Part shown: positions 38,926-47,102 of the stretch, piece by piece
How the letters are laid out: each line of letters starts with the position of its first letter
How positions within the stretch are numbered: position 1 is the stretch's first letter
From: a virus
Strand: one strand, 5' to 3'
IMG/VR virus record: IMGVR_UViG_3300034025_000034
Coordinates: 1 to 47,102 of that record
DNA length: 47,102 nucleotides
Notes under the pieces: generated by a model
Seen by the model: the letters and a program-made list of their open reading frames with translations, nothing else
The model's database searches: none
Told to the model about the DNA's origin: nothing
Made by a program: the position numbers and the translations under genes

Positions 38926-40479
38926 ATGCCTTACATCGAAATAGAGGGTGAAATCCCCCAAGGTCTCGACAGCTATACAAACTATCAGGTTTATAATTGT
39001 CTAGACTCGGCTATCACCGCACAACTTCTTCCTGTCCTTAAAAGCAATCTCAACGCTGCAACCGCCACGGTCTACAACCGTGAGATGCGGGTGCTGGCGC
39101 TGTGCCTTGAGATGTCCACGAAAGGATTTCCCGTTGACCAGATGTGCCTGTCCAGTTTGCTGTTTGATCTCCAGCGGGATGCTGCCCGAGCGCTTGCTGT
39201 CTTACATAGGCTCTGTGCCGCAGTCGACTTCCGACCGATTAATCCACGAAGCAGTGTCGACGTTCCTGATCTCTTCTACCGCCACTTGGCCTTGCCTGAG
39301 ATTTGGGAGTTCGACCGGAAGACAAACCAGCGCAAGCTCAGCGCTGACATCAAAGCCCTAGAGAAGCTGCAGCATAACTATCCCATTGCTCGCCCGTTCG
39401 TGAACGCGATCATCAGCTATCGCGAGAGCAGCAAGATGGCCAGTGTCTTCAGCCGCGGGCTAGAGCCTGTGACGGGTAACTTGCGCTGCAACTTCAGCCC
39501 GAGCGGCACAGAGACCGGCCGCTTGAGCAGCCAACAAAACCCCTACCAGCGAGGCACCAATGGGCAGAACATTACGGACCGCATCCGGCAAGTTGTTACC
39601 GCCCCTCCCGGCTTTGCCATACTCAACTTCGACCTTAAAACAGCTGAGTCGGTTGCCGTGGGCTATATCTCTGGAGATCGAGCGTACATTGACGCTTGCG
39701 AAGGAGGCGACCTCCACACAGGGGTCTGTAAACTGGTGTGGCCTCACATGGACTGGACCGGAGATAGAAAGGTTGACAAAGCTATTGCAGAGTCACCTTT
39801 CTACCGTCATTTCAGCTATCGGGACCAAGCTAAGCGCGGGGGACACGGCAGCAACTATTATGGACAACCCTCAACAATTGCAGGAATTATCAACGTACCT
39901 ACAAAGTTTGTTGAAGACTTTCAGCGAAACTACTTTGACGCCTTCCCCGGCATCCCTGAGTGGCACCTAAACGTTATCGCCCAGGTCCAACGCTTCGGCA
40001 CCATTACCACGCAGCTCAAGCGTGAGCGGCGCTTTTGGGGCCGGCCTGATGACAAGGCCACATGGCGCGAGGCAATTGCGTTCGAGCCGCAATCTCTCGT
40101 CGGGGATATTATGAATGAAGGGCTCATCCAAGTCCAGCAGTGGATCAAGCAGCAGCTGCCCGAGGCAAAGACGCTGCTCGGCCGCGGCAAGCGCCTCCTC
40201 GAGTTTAACCCACGCGTCCCTGATCTTCGAGCGCAGATACATGATGCCGGGGTGTTCATCGTGCCCCTTGATGGTATTGCTGAGATCGCTCGAGAGCTGA
40301 CGCAGCGCCTTCAGTATCCCATCCACTTCCCAGGCGTAGGCGACATGCTTATCAAGAACGACGTGCTGATCGGCAAGCGGTGGAACAAGGCTCACAAGGG
40401 CGAGACCCACAGGTTCCTGAAGCAAGGGCTCCGTGACTATGAGCCTGGTGACGACGTCAGCTGGTTGCGTGAAGCATGA
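38926..40479 (+). CDS. DNA polymerase I, C-terminal fragment: Exo III motif plus the polymerase domain (517 aa)
   Basis: Exo III is YQVYNCLDSAITAQLL. Motif A is ILNFDLKTAESVAV, motif B is RDQAKRGGHGSNYYGQP and motif C is QIHDAGVF. It is in the same reading frame as 37828..38910. Confidence 0.9.
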   Translation: MPYIEIEGEIPQGLDSYTNYQVYNCLDSAITAQLLPVLKSNLNAATATVYNREMRVLALCLEMSTKGFPVDQMCLSSLLFDLQRDAARALAVLHRLCAAVDFRPINPRSSVDVPDLFYRHLALPEIWEFDRKTNQRKLSADIKALEKLQHNYPIARPFVNAIISYRESSKMASVFSRGLEPVTGNLRCNFSPSGTETGRLSSQQNPYQRGTNGQNITDRIRQVVTAPPGFAILNFDLKTAESVAVGYISGDRAYIDACEGGDLHTGVCKLVWPHMDWTGDRKVDKAIAESPFYRHFSYRDQAKRGGHGSNYYGQPSTIAGIINVPTKFVEDFQRNYFDAFPGIPEWHLNVIAQVQRFGTITTQLKRERRFWGRPDDKATWREAIAFEPQSLVGDIMNEGLIQVQQWIKQQLPEAKTLLGRGKRLLEFNPRVPDLRAQIHDAGVFIVPLDGIAEIARELTQRLQYPIHFPGVGDMLIKNDVLIGKRWNKAHKGETHRFLKQGLRDYEPGDDVSWLREA

Positions 40480-41708
40480 GTGCAGCCCTAGGCCAAAGGC
40501 GGCTGCCCAACTTCCTGCACAGCTTCGTAGACTTCGCAGCAACTTATAGCACTACGCCGTTGTTCAGCAAATATGCCGCCCTATGGATGATCGGCACTGC
40601 TGTCACGCGCGCAGTGGGCATGAAGGCTCGTGGTAACGACCTGCACCCCAACTTCTTCTTCCAGCTTGTGGGCGGGCCAGGTACTGGCAAATCACAGGCG
40701 GTGAAGGCTACGCGCGAAATCCTCTTGCCGGCTACGAAGATGAGCCTTATTCCTGCGTCCATTACCCGCGCGGGACTTGAGGATTACATGAAGGGTAACG
40801 TGCAAACCAACAGGAAGAGCCCAGATGGCGGTATCATCATCAGCAATGAGTGCATTGGCCTCTCAGAGGAAATGCAAGGCATACTCCCAGATCAGGACCT
40901 CGGGCACCTTACGCTCTATAACATTCTGTATGACTTGCCCAATCTACACGTCGCTGTCACACGCACACACGGAGAGGTCAGGCTTGAGTCCCCTTATTGC
41001 AGCATCCTTACTGGCGCACAACCAGCCTTCCTCGCAACCACCATGCCCGAGCAAGCGTGGGGTATGGGATTTATGTCTCGTAGCGTTATGGTGTTTGACG
41101 TACCTCGTACTCGCACCAGCATGTTTCTTAATATCCAAGTTGACCACAAGCTCAAAGCGGACCTGATCCACGACCTGCGGATGATCCACAACTTGCACGG
41201 CTGGATGACCTGGACCAAGCAAGCAGTGGACCTGTATGACGAGTGGTATGTCAAGCACGGCGGGAATCCGATCCCTCAGGCTAAGCGACTGGCGATGGGC
41301 TACAACGCGCGTCGCGAGTTGCACATGGTCAAGCTGGCTATGGCGATGAGCATTGCACGCGGGAACGACCTCATCGTGCAGCTAGACGACGTGGCAGATG
41401 CCATCGAGCTGCTGCTGCTGACCGAGGACCGCATGCGCATGGTGTTCACGGAGATGTCGAACACTGGCAGCATGGTGGCGATCGAAGACATGCTGGACGT
41501 GGTGCGGGCCAATACAGCAGAGGGCGTGTTCACGGCCGAGGCAGTGCTTATTGAGATGGCAATGCAACGCTTTCCCTCCACGCAGGTCCATCATGTTATT
41601 GAGAACCTGGTGTCCTCTCAGGCCCTCAAGGTGCATACAGGGCCTGGCTCTATCAATGCTCGGGGGATGCGGCAGTTCTTGTCAGGGAACAAAGCCAGCC
41701 CAATGTAA
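40476..41708 (+). CDS. DUF3987-like P-loop NTPase, a putative replicative helicase/primase-associated ATPase (410 aa)
   Basis: It is ATGA-coupled to the polymerase gene. Walker A is QLVGGPGTGKSQAV, preceded by the typical N-terminal region (LPNFLHSFVDFAA...). Confidence 0.5.
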   Translation: MSAALGQRRLPNFLHSFVDFAATYSTTPLFSKYAALWMIGTAVTRAVGMKARGNDLHPNFFFQLVGGPGTGKSQAVKATREILLPATKMSLIPASITRAGLEDYMKGNVQTNRKSPDGGIIISNECIGLSEEMQGILPDQDLGHLTLYNILYDLPNLHVAVTRTHGEVRLESPYCSILTGAQPAFLATTMPEQAWGMGFMSRSVMVFDVPRTRTSMFLNIQVDHKLKADLIHDLRMIHNLHGWMTWTKQAVDLYDEWYVKHGGNPIPQAKRLAMGYNARRELHMVKLAMAMSIARGNDLIVQLDDVADAIELLLLTEDRMRMVFTEMSNTGSMVAIEDMLDVVRANTAEGVFTAEAVLIEMAMQRFPSTQVHHVIENLVSSQALKVHTGPGSINARGMRQFLSGNKASPM

Positions 41709-41737
41709 TACATTCCGTTAGACGAAATGTAACACAC
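41703..41737 (+). promoter_or_regulatory. Copy D of the 35-bp quasi-palindrome, filling the gap between the convergent arms
   Basis: The sequence is atgtaatacattccgttagacgaaatgtaacacac. It overlaps the TAA at 41706-41708 and ends 3 nt before the minus-strand stop at 41740-41742. Confidence 0.8.
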
Positions 41738-41739
41738 AG

Positions 41740-44700
41740 CTACTCGTCGAGCGCTGTGCTGCCGATCCCCACCCGAGCATATGGTTCCACCTTGCCTGCC
41801 TTGAAGCGGCTGAACAAGTCGCCCTTCTCTTCGCGCCGCGTCGTGGCAGCTGCTGACTTGATCACGCTGCTCACAGGCACCATCTTCATCACCGCCCTAT
41901 CGAGCACGTTCTGCATTTCATCATAGTCATCATGCTGCATGGCATCAGCGTAGATTTTGCCCAGCGACTGCACCGTAGTCTTCGTAGCCTCCTGGTCCTT
42001 GTACAGCTCCCGAGCCGCTACTTGCTCGCGTTCGACTTCAAGCTGATTGAGTCCGAGTGCATGCAGTACGCGAGTACTTGGTCCGAGTCCGCGCACCTGC
42101 GGAGCCCCTGTTCCCATGGACTTAATGTAGTCACCTTCTGCGGCCGAAAACGCACGGAAGATTGCTCGTGGTGCAATGGCACCGAGTAGCTGATCGCGAA
42201 CGTTTGGGTTCCTGAGCGCATTAACATCCCCTTCTCTGCCTATGTCCCATGCCGTGCCCACTGCCTTGCCCAGCTGCTTCATCTTCTCGAGGAACACAAA
42301 GTTCGTCAGCGAGCTTAGTTCGTTGCGCACGTCCGTGCCCGGTATGGTGCTGCTTGCCTGCAGGCTTGCGCCGAAGAACGCCGGCAGCCCGAAGTAGATT
42401 TCGTCCGCTGCCCCGCTCCAGTTTTCCTTCATCCACTGGAAGCTGCTGGGCGAGTCGCTGTTCCACTTGGCCAGTCCATCGGCCAGCCCCAGCAACGGCG
42501 TAGCGCCTAGGCCGCCGAGCGCCAACGCACTAGCCCCCTGCCACATGAACGGCCCCCACACGCCCTCGCGCATGCCGACCCCAGCATATTGCATCATCTG
42601 TCCGATGAAGTTGAACTGCCAGTTTTTGAACAAGCCGAAAGTGCTGCCCACAGGACCAGTAAATATTCTGCTGCGATCAACAACGCCATAACCATAGTTA
42701 GTAACATGGACACCACGCTGCATGAACCGATAGAGTTGATCACCCTCCAGTCCAAAGCCATGCTTCCCAGCACGATACATTGCAGCAGCAGAAACCATGC
42801 GGCTAAACTGCTCCGACTTCTCGGCCATGAAAGTCGACAGGTGCTTGATGCCATTCCACGCTCCTACCTCGAACTGCTCCTTGATGCTGCTGCCAGCGGC
42901 GCTATGCGGCCCAAGCCACTCGTCGACTTGGCTATGCTGCAGTGTGCCGTCTGTCGTGGCGCGCTCCAAAAACTGCTTTAGCTCCGGGCTTGCGTTGCGC
43001 AGATCGCTGACGCTTTGGCCCAGCACCTTGATCGGCGACAGGAACCCGCCAATGCCCCTTGGCTTGCCATCGCTGCCCATGCGCGGCAGCACATGATACC
43101 ACGCTTCGATCTCCTTCGCAGGAGCCTTGTTCAGATACGCAAGCGCAGGCAGCACGGTTTGCAGAGGCTGCAACACGTTGAGCAAGGCAAACGTCGGGTT
43201 CGCGATCGCCAGGTTCCAGTTGTACATCAGCGCATTGGTGCCCTGTGCAATCCGCGTCGCCGCCTTGCCACCCAGCGCCGTACCGAAGATGGGCTCCAGT
43301 GCCTTGTTCAGTGCATTGGTGATCCCGCCCTCAATGCCCATGAACTGATTGCCCTTGCGCATCAGGTCATTGTACAGGTGCTTGTCAGTCTTGCCCAGGT
43401 TGAACGCCTCTTGGCCCCACCGCTGCTTCCACGTGTGGAACCCAGCAAAGCGTAGGAGCTTCCTATAGTGTTCTTCGCTCTGCTTGATAACATCGTCCAG
43501 CGTATACTCGTGTGTGTCGGCTGAGCCGCGCAAGCCAGTACGCTCCTTGCTCATGGCTGCCGGTGCTCGCACACTGCCGGGCACCCTGCCGCTCTTGGCC
43601 GCGTCGATCTTCCGCAGTGCGCTTTGCACGATGTCTTGCGTATCAGCGCCCTTGCCGATGCTTGCGCTGACCAAGTCGCTGATGTGCCCCAGCCCACCCT
43701 CGTCAAACTCTGCGGCTTGCTTCGCTCCCTTGGCGTACTCCTCGCCAATCTTCCACTGGTGCCCGCGAGCAGCTGCCTCGTCGATGACCGCTTGGGCTTC
43801 CTTCTGCGCCGCCGACCCATTCTTGCCAGCAGCCAGCCACTTCGTCTGCTCGCGCTCATCAACCACCTTGCTGAAGAAGTCGCCCTTGAACACGCGAGGC
43901 ATGATGTACCCATCGAGCAGGCGGAAGCTGCCTTCCAGCTCGCTGTCCTTGAAGGCCGGCAACACCAGCTTCTCAAGCACGCTCGCATTAATATCCTGCA
44001 GCTCCTTGACGGCCGCAGTCGCAGAGGGGGACACGACCCCATCCGTCGTCAGCTTGGCAAGGTCATCCGCCGGAGTCTGCGTGTTGTTCGCCCGCACAAC
44101 AAGCTGGCGCTCTTCTTTGCTCAGCTTATTCCACAGCTGGCTGATGGGCGTGAAGCCCTCATAGCCGCTGACGTAGTCCGTGCCGCCCATGACGCTGCGA
44201 GCCGGGCTGCCCTTAAACTCAGCCTTGCCCTTGATCAGCTTGCTAACGTACTCATCAGCCGTCTGAATGTTCCCACGCAGCATGCCGAAGAGGCGACCGA
44301 ACACAGGGTTCTTGGCCTCCTTGAACATCGTAGGAGCAAAGATGTCGTGCAGCCCTGCCGCAGTGTCACGCAAGATTTTGCTATCTGCTAGACCCGTAGC
44401 TTCCCCCGCTGCTTTGCTCATCTTTGCAGCCATGGCGCTCACCCAGGTTTCCTTAGGCATAGTGCGCAGCGCAGCATAGTCTGTGTGCGTCATGCTATTG
44501 ATCAGCAAGTCGGTGTTCTTGTTGAACACGTCACTGCGCAGGGTCGGCTGAAACGCCTCGCGGAACCTGGCCCAGTTGCTCACATTCGCTTCAGCTGCGC
44601 TGTGCGCCTTCGGAGCAAAGTACTGCGGCTTGTCCGTCTTCAGCAAAAGCCACTTATCGCCCTCAGCAATTTGCGCAGCACCGAACCGCTTGGGAGCAAC

Positions 44701-45810
44701 AACAGAACCGTCAGCAGCAGTTGCCGCCGGACCCGCCTCAATGCGCTTGGCGACAACAAAAAGGCCACTGTCAGCTTCCCTTCCCATCAGTACGCCATCG
44801 TCAACATACTGCAGCGCGCTGCTCTCGTCTAGCGCCTTAGCCAGCGTACCAGCAGCCTTGTAGCTTCGCACCTCAAGTTCGCGCGGGTACTTGACCACAG
44901 CAGCCAAATCGTCGATGCTGGCAATATCAGGATGGTTGATCGCGCCGATGATCCGCTGCTGCCCGCCGGGATCAAGCGTGCGCAAGTTGGTCTCCGGCCC
45001 TTCCGTCAGTAACCGCTTGTTAAGCCCTGTCAGCGTCTCCTGCTCAGCGCGCTTGACATTGAACAAGCTGTTAACCAGCCGGTCACTCTCAGGATTACCG
45101 TTCTCCAGGTTGTGCACATAGCTGCTCTGCACGCCCTTGGTAATGTTGTCCGTGGGCCGCTCGAGTAAGACCTCTTGCGCCTTGCGCTGAATGAAGTCTG
45201 CCTTGTCCGCCCCGCCCTCAATCACGGCATCCGGCGTCTTTGCCATGCGCAGCTCGAACGTGGGCGCTAGGGCGGGCTCACTGCCGACGACTTTGCCCGC
45301 CTTGGGCAGCAGCTTGCCACCGGCCTTGAAATAGCCCCCTATGCCCCCGAACCCGCCCGCTAGGACGGTCGATAGGCCCACGTCCGCGAACAGATCGCCC
45401 CAGTTTTCTTGCGGTGCCGTAGCAAGCCCCACGCCCAACCGGCCTAGCTCGAAGGGCGCATACCGCACGGCTTCCCGCACAGCGCCTTGAGCAAAGCCTG
45501 CTTCCAGGCCCGTCTTGGCCACCACGCGCTCTAGGGCTGCAGCCGCTTTGGGCAGCGTGCTGAGCTTGAAAGCTGCCGTGTAGGGAATGATTACTGGCAG
45601 GATTTCGGAGGCAACACCGGCTATCGGGTTCTGCTCGCGAAACGTCTGCGCAGTCTCAGTCGGACTTTGCCCAACCATCTCGAACAGGCTGCTGCCAGCA
45701 CTGGCGAGAAAGCCGCCAATGGGCCCAGCGTCTAGCTTGTACGGGTCTGGCTGATTAGCTGCTGCCGCTTTGTCTGCCCCATCCCAAAGCTGCTGCCACT
45801 TGTCAGCCAT
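41740..45810 (-). CDS. Giant internal virion / DNA-ejection protein (1356 aa)
   Basis: It is the last gene of the leftward arm. Its size and position after the SLT-domain protein parallel T7 gp16. The start follows the upstream stop (TAAcATG at 45808-45814). Confidence 0.65.
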   Translation of the reverse strand: MADKWQQLWDGADKAAAANQPDPYKLDAGPIGGFLASAGSSLFEMVGQSPTETAQTFREQNPIAGVASEILPVIIPYTAAFKLSTLPKAAAALERVVAKTGLEAGFAQGAVREAVRYAPFELGRLGVGLATAPQENWGDLFADVGLSTVLAGGFGGIGGYFKAGGKLLPKAGKVVGSEPALAPTFELRMAKTPDAVIEGGADKADFIQRKAQEVLLERPTDNITKGVQSSYVHNLENGNPESDRLVNSLFNVKRAEQETLTGLNKRLLTEGPETNLRTLDPGGQQRIIGAINHPDIASIDDLAAVVKYPRELEVRSYKAAGTLAKALDESSALQYVDDGVLMGREADSGLFVVAKRIEAGPAATAADGSVVAPKRFGAAQIAEGDKWLLLKTDKPQYFAPKAHSAAEANVSNWARFREAFQPTLRSDVFNKNTDLLINSMTHTDYAALRTMPKETWVSAMAAKMSKAAGEATGLADSKILRDTAAGLHDIFAPTMFKEAKNPVFGRLFGMLRGNIQTADEYVSKLIKGKAEFKGSPARSVMGGTDYVSGYEGFTPISQLWNKLSKEERQLVVRANNTQTPADDLAKLTTDGVVSPSATAAVKELQDINASVLEKLVLPAFKDSELEGSFRLLDGYIMPRVFKGDFFSKVVDEREQTKWLAAGKNGSAAQKEAQAVIDEAAARGHQWKIGEEYAKGAKQAAEFDEGGLGHISDLVSASIGKGADTQDIVQSALRKIDAAKSGRVPGSVRAPAAMSKERTGLRGSADTHEYTLDDVIKQSEEHYRKLLRFAGFHTWKQRWGQEAFNLGKTDKHLYNDLMRKGNQFMGIEGGITNALNKALEPIFGTALGGKAATRIAQGTNALMYNWNLAIANPTFALLNVLQPLQTVLPALAYLNKAPAKEIEAWYHVLPRMGSDGKPRGIGGFLSPIKVLGQSVSDLRNASPELKQFLERATTDGTLQHSQVDEWLGPHSAAGSSIKEQFEVGAWNGIKHLSTFMAEKSEQFSRMVSAAAMYRAGKHGFGLEGDQLYRFMQRGVHVTNYGYGVVDRSRIFTGPVGSTFGLFKNWQFNFIGQMMQYAGVGMREGVWGPFMWQGASALALGGLGATPLLGLADGLAKWNSDSPSSFQWMKENWSGAADEIYFGLPAFFGASLQASSTIPGTDVRNELSSLTNFVFLEKMKQLGKAVGTAWDIGREGDVNALRNPNVRDQLLGAIAPRAIFRAFSAAEGDYIKSMGTGAPQVRGLGPSTRVLHALGLNQLEVEREQVAARELYKDQEATKTTVQSLGKIYADAMQHDDYDEMQNVLDRAVMKMVPVSSVIKSAAATTRREEKGDLFSRFKAGKVEPYARVGIGSTALDE

Positions 45811-45811
45811 G

Positions 45812-47102
45812 TTACCTGTACTCCGTCCGAGTTGTGGTGCCGCGAGGGCCTACCGTTGTCGTCTGCTTCTGGTCGTTGCGCTGAGCGGCCACTCTTGCTG
45901 CTGTGGCTGCGCCGCCCGCGTTCATCAGCTGCTCGCGGAACTTGGGGTTTGTCAGCGCAGCGGCCGTCAAGCGCTCTGTCATCGCCCGCTGGTAGGCCTC
46001 AGGATAACCTGTAGTGCCTTCGCGCAGCCCCATCTGTCCCAAGCTGCTGACTACATCGGTTTGCAGAGCCTTGAACGCTTCGTCCTTGCCCTGGAACATG
46101 GCACTGACCCGACCTGTGCTGACCACATCACCGGCCACCGTAGCAGTACCCAGGACCATGCCGCCCGCACCAGCCTCAGGGTCCTGCTGCGCCATCTGAG
46201 CCGCTTGAGTCGCCGCCGTCACCACCAGCGAGTTGTGCAGCTGCGCCACATTCTGGCTGGCGCTGTTCGCTTGGCTTGCCATGCTCTCCATCACGCCAGC
46301 TCGTCGAGTAGCAAACACCGCTGACACTGCCCCGCTGATCGGCGTGCGAGTCGTAATCAGCTTATCGCCCTGCCTCCGCGTCGTAATCACGCTGTCGCCC
46401 TGCACGGTCAAATCATGCTCCTGGTTCCACTGGTCCGTGGCAACCTTGAAGTTGGTCAGCGCATACTGGTTCGCAGTCTGCGCATTGTGCGTCATAGTCT
46501 CTTGCAGGCTCTTGGCCTTGGTCATCTCATTATTGGCAACCGCCGAGTTGTACCTGACCATGTCGTCATCGAACTTGTCCTTGCGCGCACGCAGCTCATC
46601 GTTCGCACGCCCGACGCCTTGCATTGCTCCACCACCGACAGCCGCCAGCACCTTGCCCAGGCTGGCCCCGTCTTCCAGGTTGCTAAGCGCCGCGCCCAGC
46701 CCCTTGAACCACCCGTTACGGCGCGTCTCAAGCTCGTCCTTCTCAGCCATCTCATGTGGCTTGAGCTTCTCGAGCGCAGCGTCCACCTTCGAGAAATCAG
46801 TTGCAACTTCCATCTCAGGTGCTGCAAGCTCGGGCCGATCGCTGACATCTTGCACAAAGCTCTGCGGGCGCAAGGCAGCTGCCTCACCCCTGTTAAGCTC
46901 CCCGATAGCGGCTTGCCCCATACGAGGATCGAAGCCGGAAGCCAAGCCACCAGCCTCCTGCACGTCGCCCATCACCCGAGCAACATAGTCAGCCGTCTGG
47001 CTCCCATAATTCCTGGGGTCCGTGCCGCCAATATACTGTCTCACAGCCCCTTCCATGCTGCCTGTGCGCTGCATGCCTTCTTTCAGCAGCACTGCTGCGC
47101 CC
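45812..47102 (-). CDS. C-terminal part of the SLT-domain internal virion protein (continues into 1..759 across the circular junction)
   Basis: The ORF runs off the right edge. Bases 46976-47102 duplicate 1-127. The frame is continuous (47090-46975=115, the same codon phase as base 1). Confidence 0.8.
   Translation of the reverse strand, partial: GAAVLLKEGMQRTGSMEGAVRQYIGGTDPRNYGSQTADYVARVMGDVQEAGGLASGFDPRMGQAAIGELNRGEAAALRPQSFVQDVSDRPELAAPEMEVATDFSKVDAALEKLKPHEMAEKDELETRRNGWFKGLGAALSNLEDGASLGKVLAAVGGGAMQGVGRANDELRARKDKFDDDMVRYNSAVANNEMTKAKSLQETMTHNAQTANQYALTNFKVATDQWNQEHDLTVQGDSVITTRRQGDKLITTRTPISGAVSAVFATRRAGVMESMASQANSASQNVAQLHNSLVVTAATQAAQMAQQDPEAGAGGMVLGTATVAGDVVSTGRVSAMFQGKDEAFKALQTDVVSSLGQMGLREGTTGYPEAYQRAMTERLTAAALTNPKFREQLMNAGGAATAARVAAQRNDQKQTTTVGPRGTTTRTEYR
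46976..47102. repeat. Second copy of the 127-bp terminal overlap
   Basis: It is identical to 1-127. Confidence 0.95.

Noticed and set aside
46976-47102. The 127-bp end repeat considered as a biological direct terminal repeat or an IS/transposon end
   Set aside because: It lies inside a continuous coding sequence. Its length equals the maximum assembler k-mer, and there are no inverted ends or transposase genes. An assembly overlap of a circular path is the simplest explanation.

Overview
The window is a complete tailed dsDNA phage genome that closes into a circle: bases 1-127 are identical to 46976-47102, giving a unique length of 46,975 bp. It looks podovirus-like. It has a T7-type portal, a large terminase, a major capsid protein, a scaffold, a tail fibre, and a block of three internal-virion/ejection proteins (331, 640 and 1356 aa). 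I recognise no phage RNA polymerase, integrase, CI-type repressor, tRNA, rRNA or CRISPR array.

Two divergent arms leave a roughly 1.5-kb control region at 20.7-22.3 kb.
- Rightward arm (21.1-41.7 kb): many small translationally coupled early ORFs, an SNase-like nuclease, a UvrD-like helicase, a recombination module (Cas4-like nuclease, Sak4-like ATPase, DUF669-like protein), a MazG-like NTP pyrophosphatase, a ParB-domain/DNA methyltransferase fusion, DUF3310, a family-A DNA polymerase and a DUF3987-like P-loop ATPase.
- Leftward arm, unit 1 (20719 down to 15431): an adhesin/depolymerase cassette with a tandem Calx-beta-like protein, a glycine-rich-domain protein and a 797-aa protein carrying a clan GH-A-like glycosidase domain.
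- Leftward arm, unit 2 (15302 down through base 1, wrapping to 41740): terminase, portal, capsid, lysis, tail and ejection proteins.

Observations most worth follow-up:
1. A 35-bp quasi-palindrome conserved in four intergenic copies at operon junctions.
2. The DNA polymerase is interrupted by a single in-frame TAG inside the 3'-5' exonuclease domain.
3. A small protein ends in a bacterial-SSB-like acidic tip (DDEDDVPF).
4. A PD-(D/E)XK nuclease is translationally coupled between the small and large terminase genes.
5. An operator-like ACGCATG array and a T12 tract lie in the control region.
6. A small-ORF plus RHH-regulator operon sits behind a long inverted repeat, resembling an anti-defence operon.

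All functional calls come from motif reading by eye. No database search was run.
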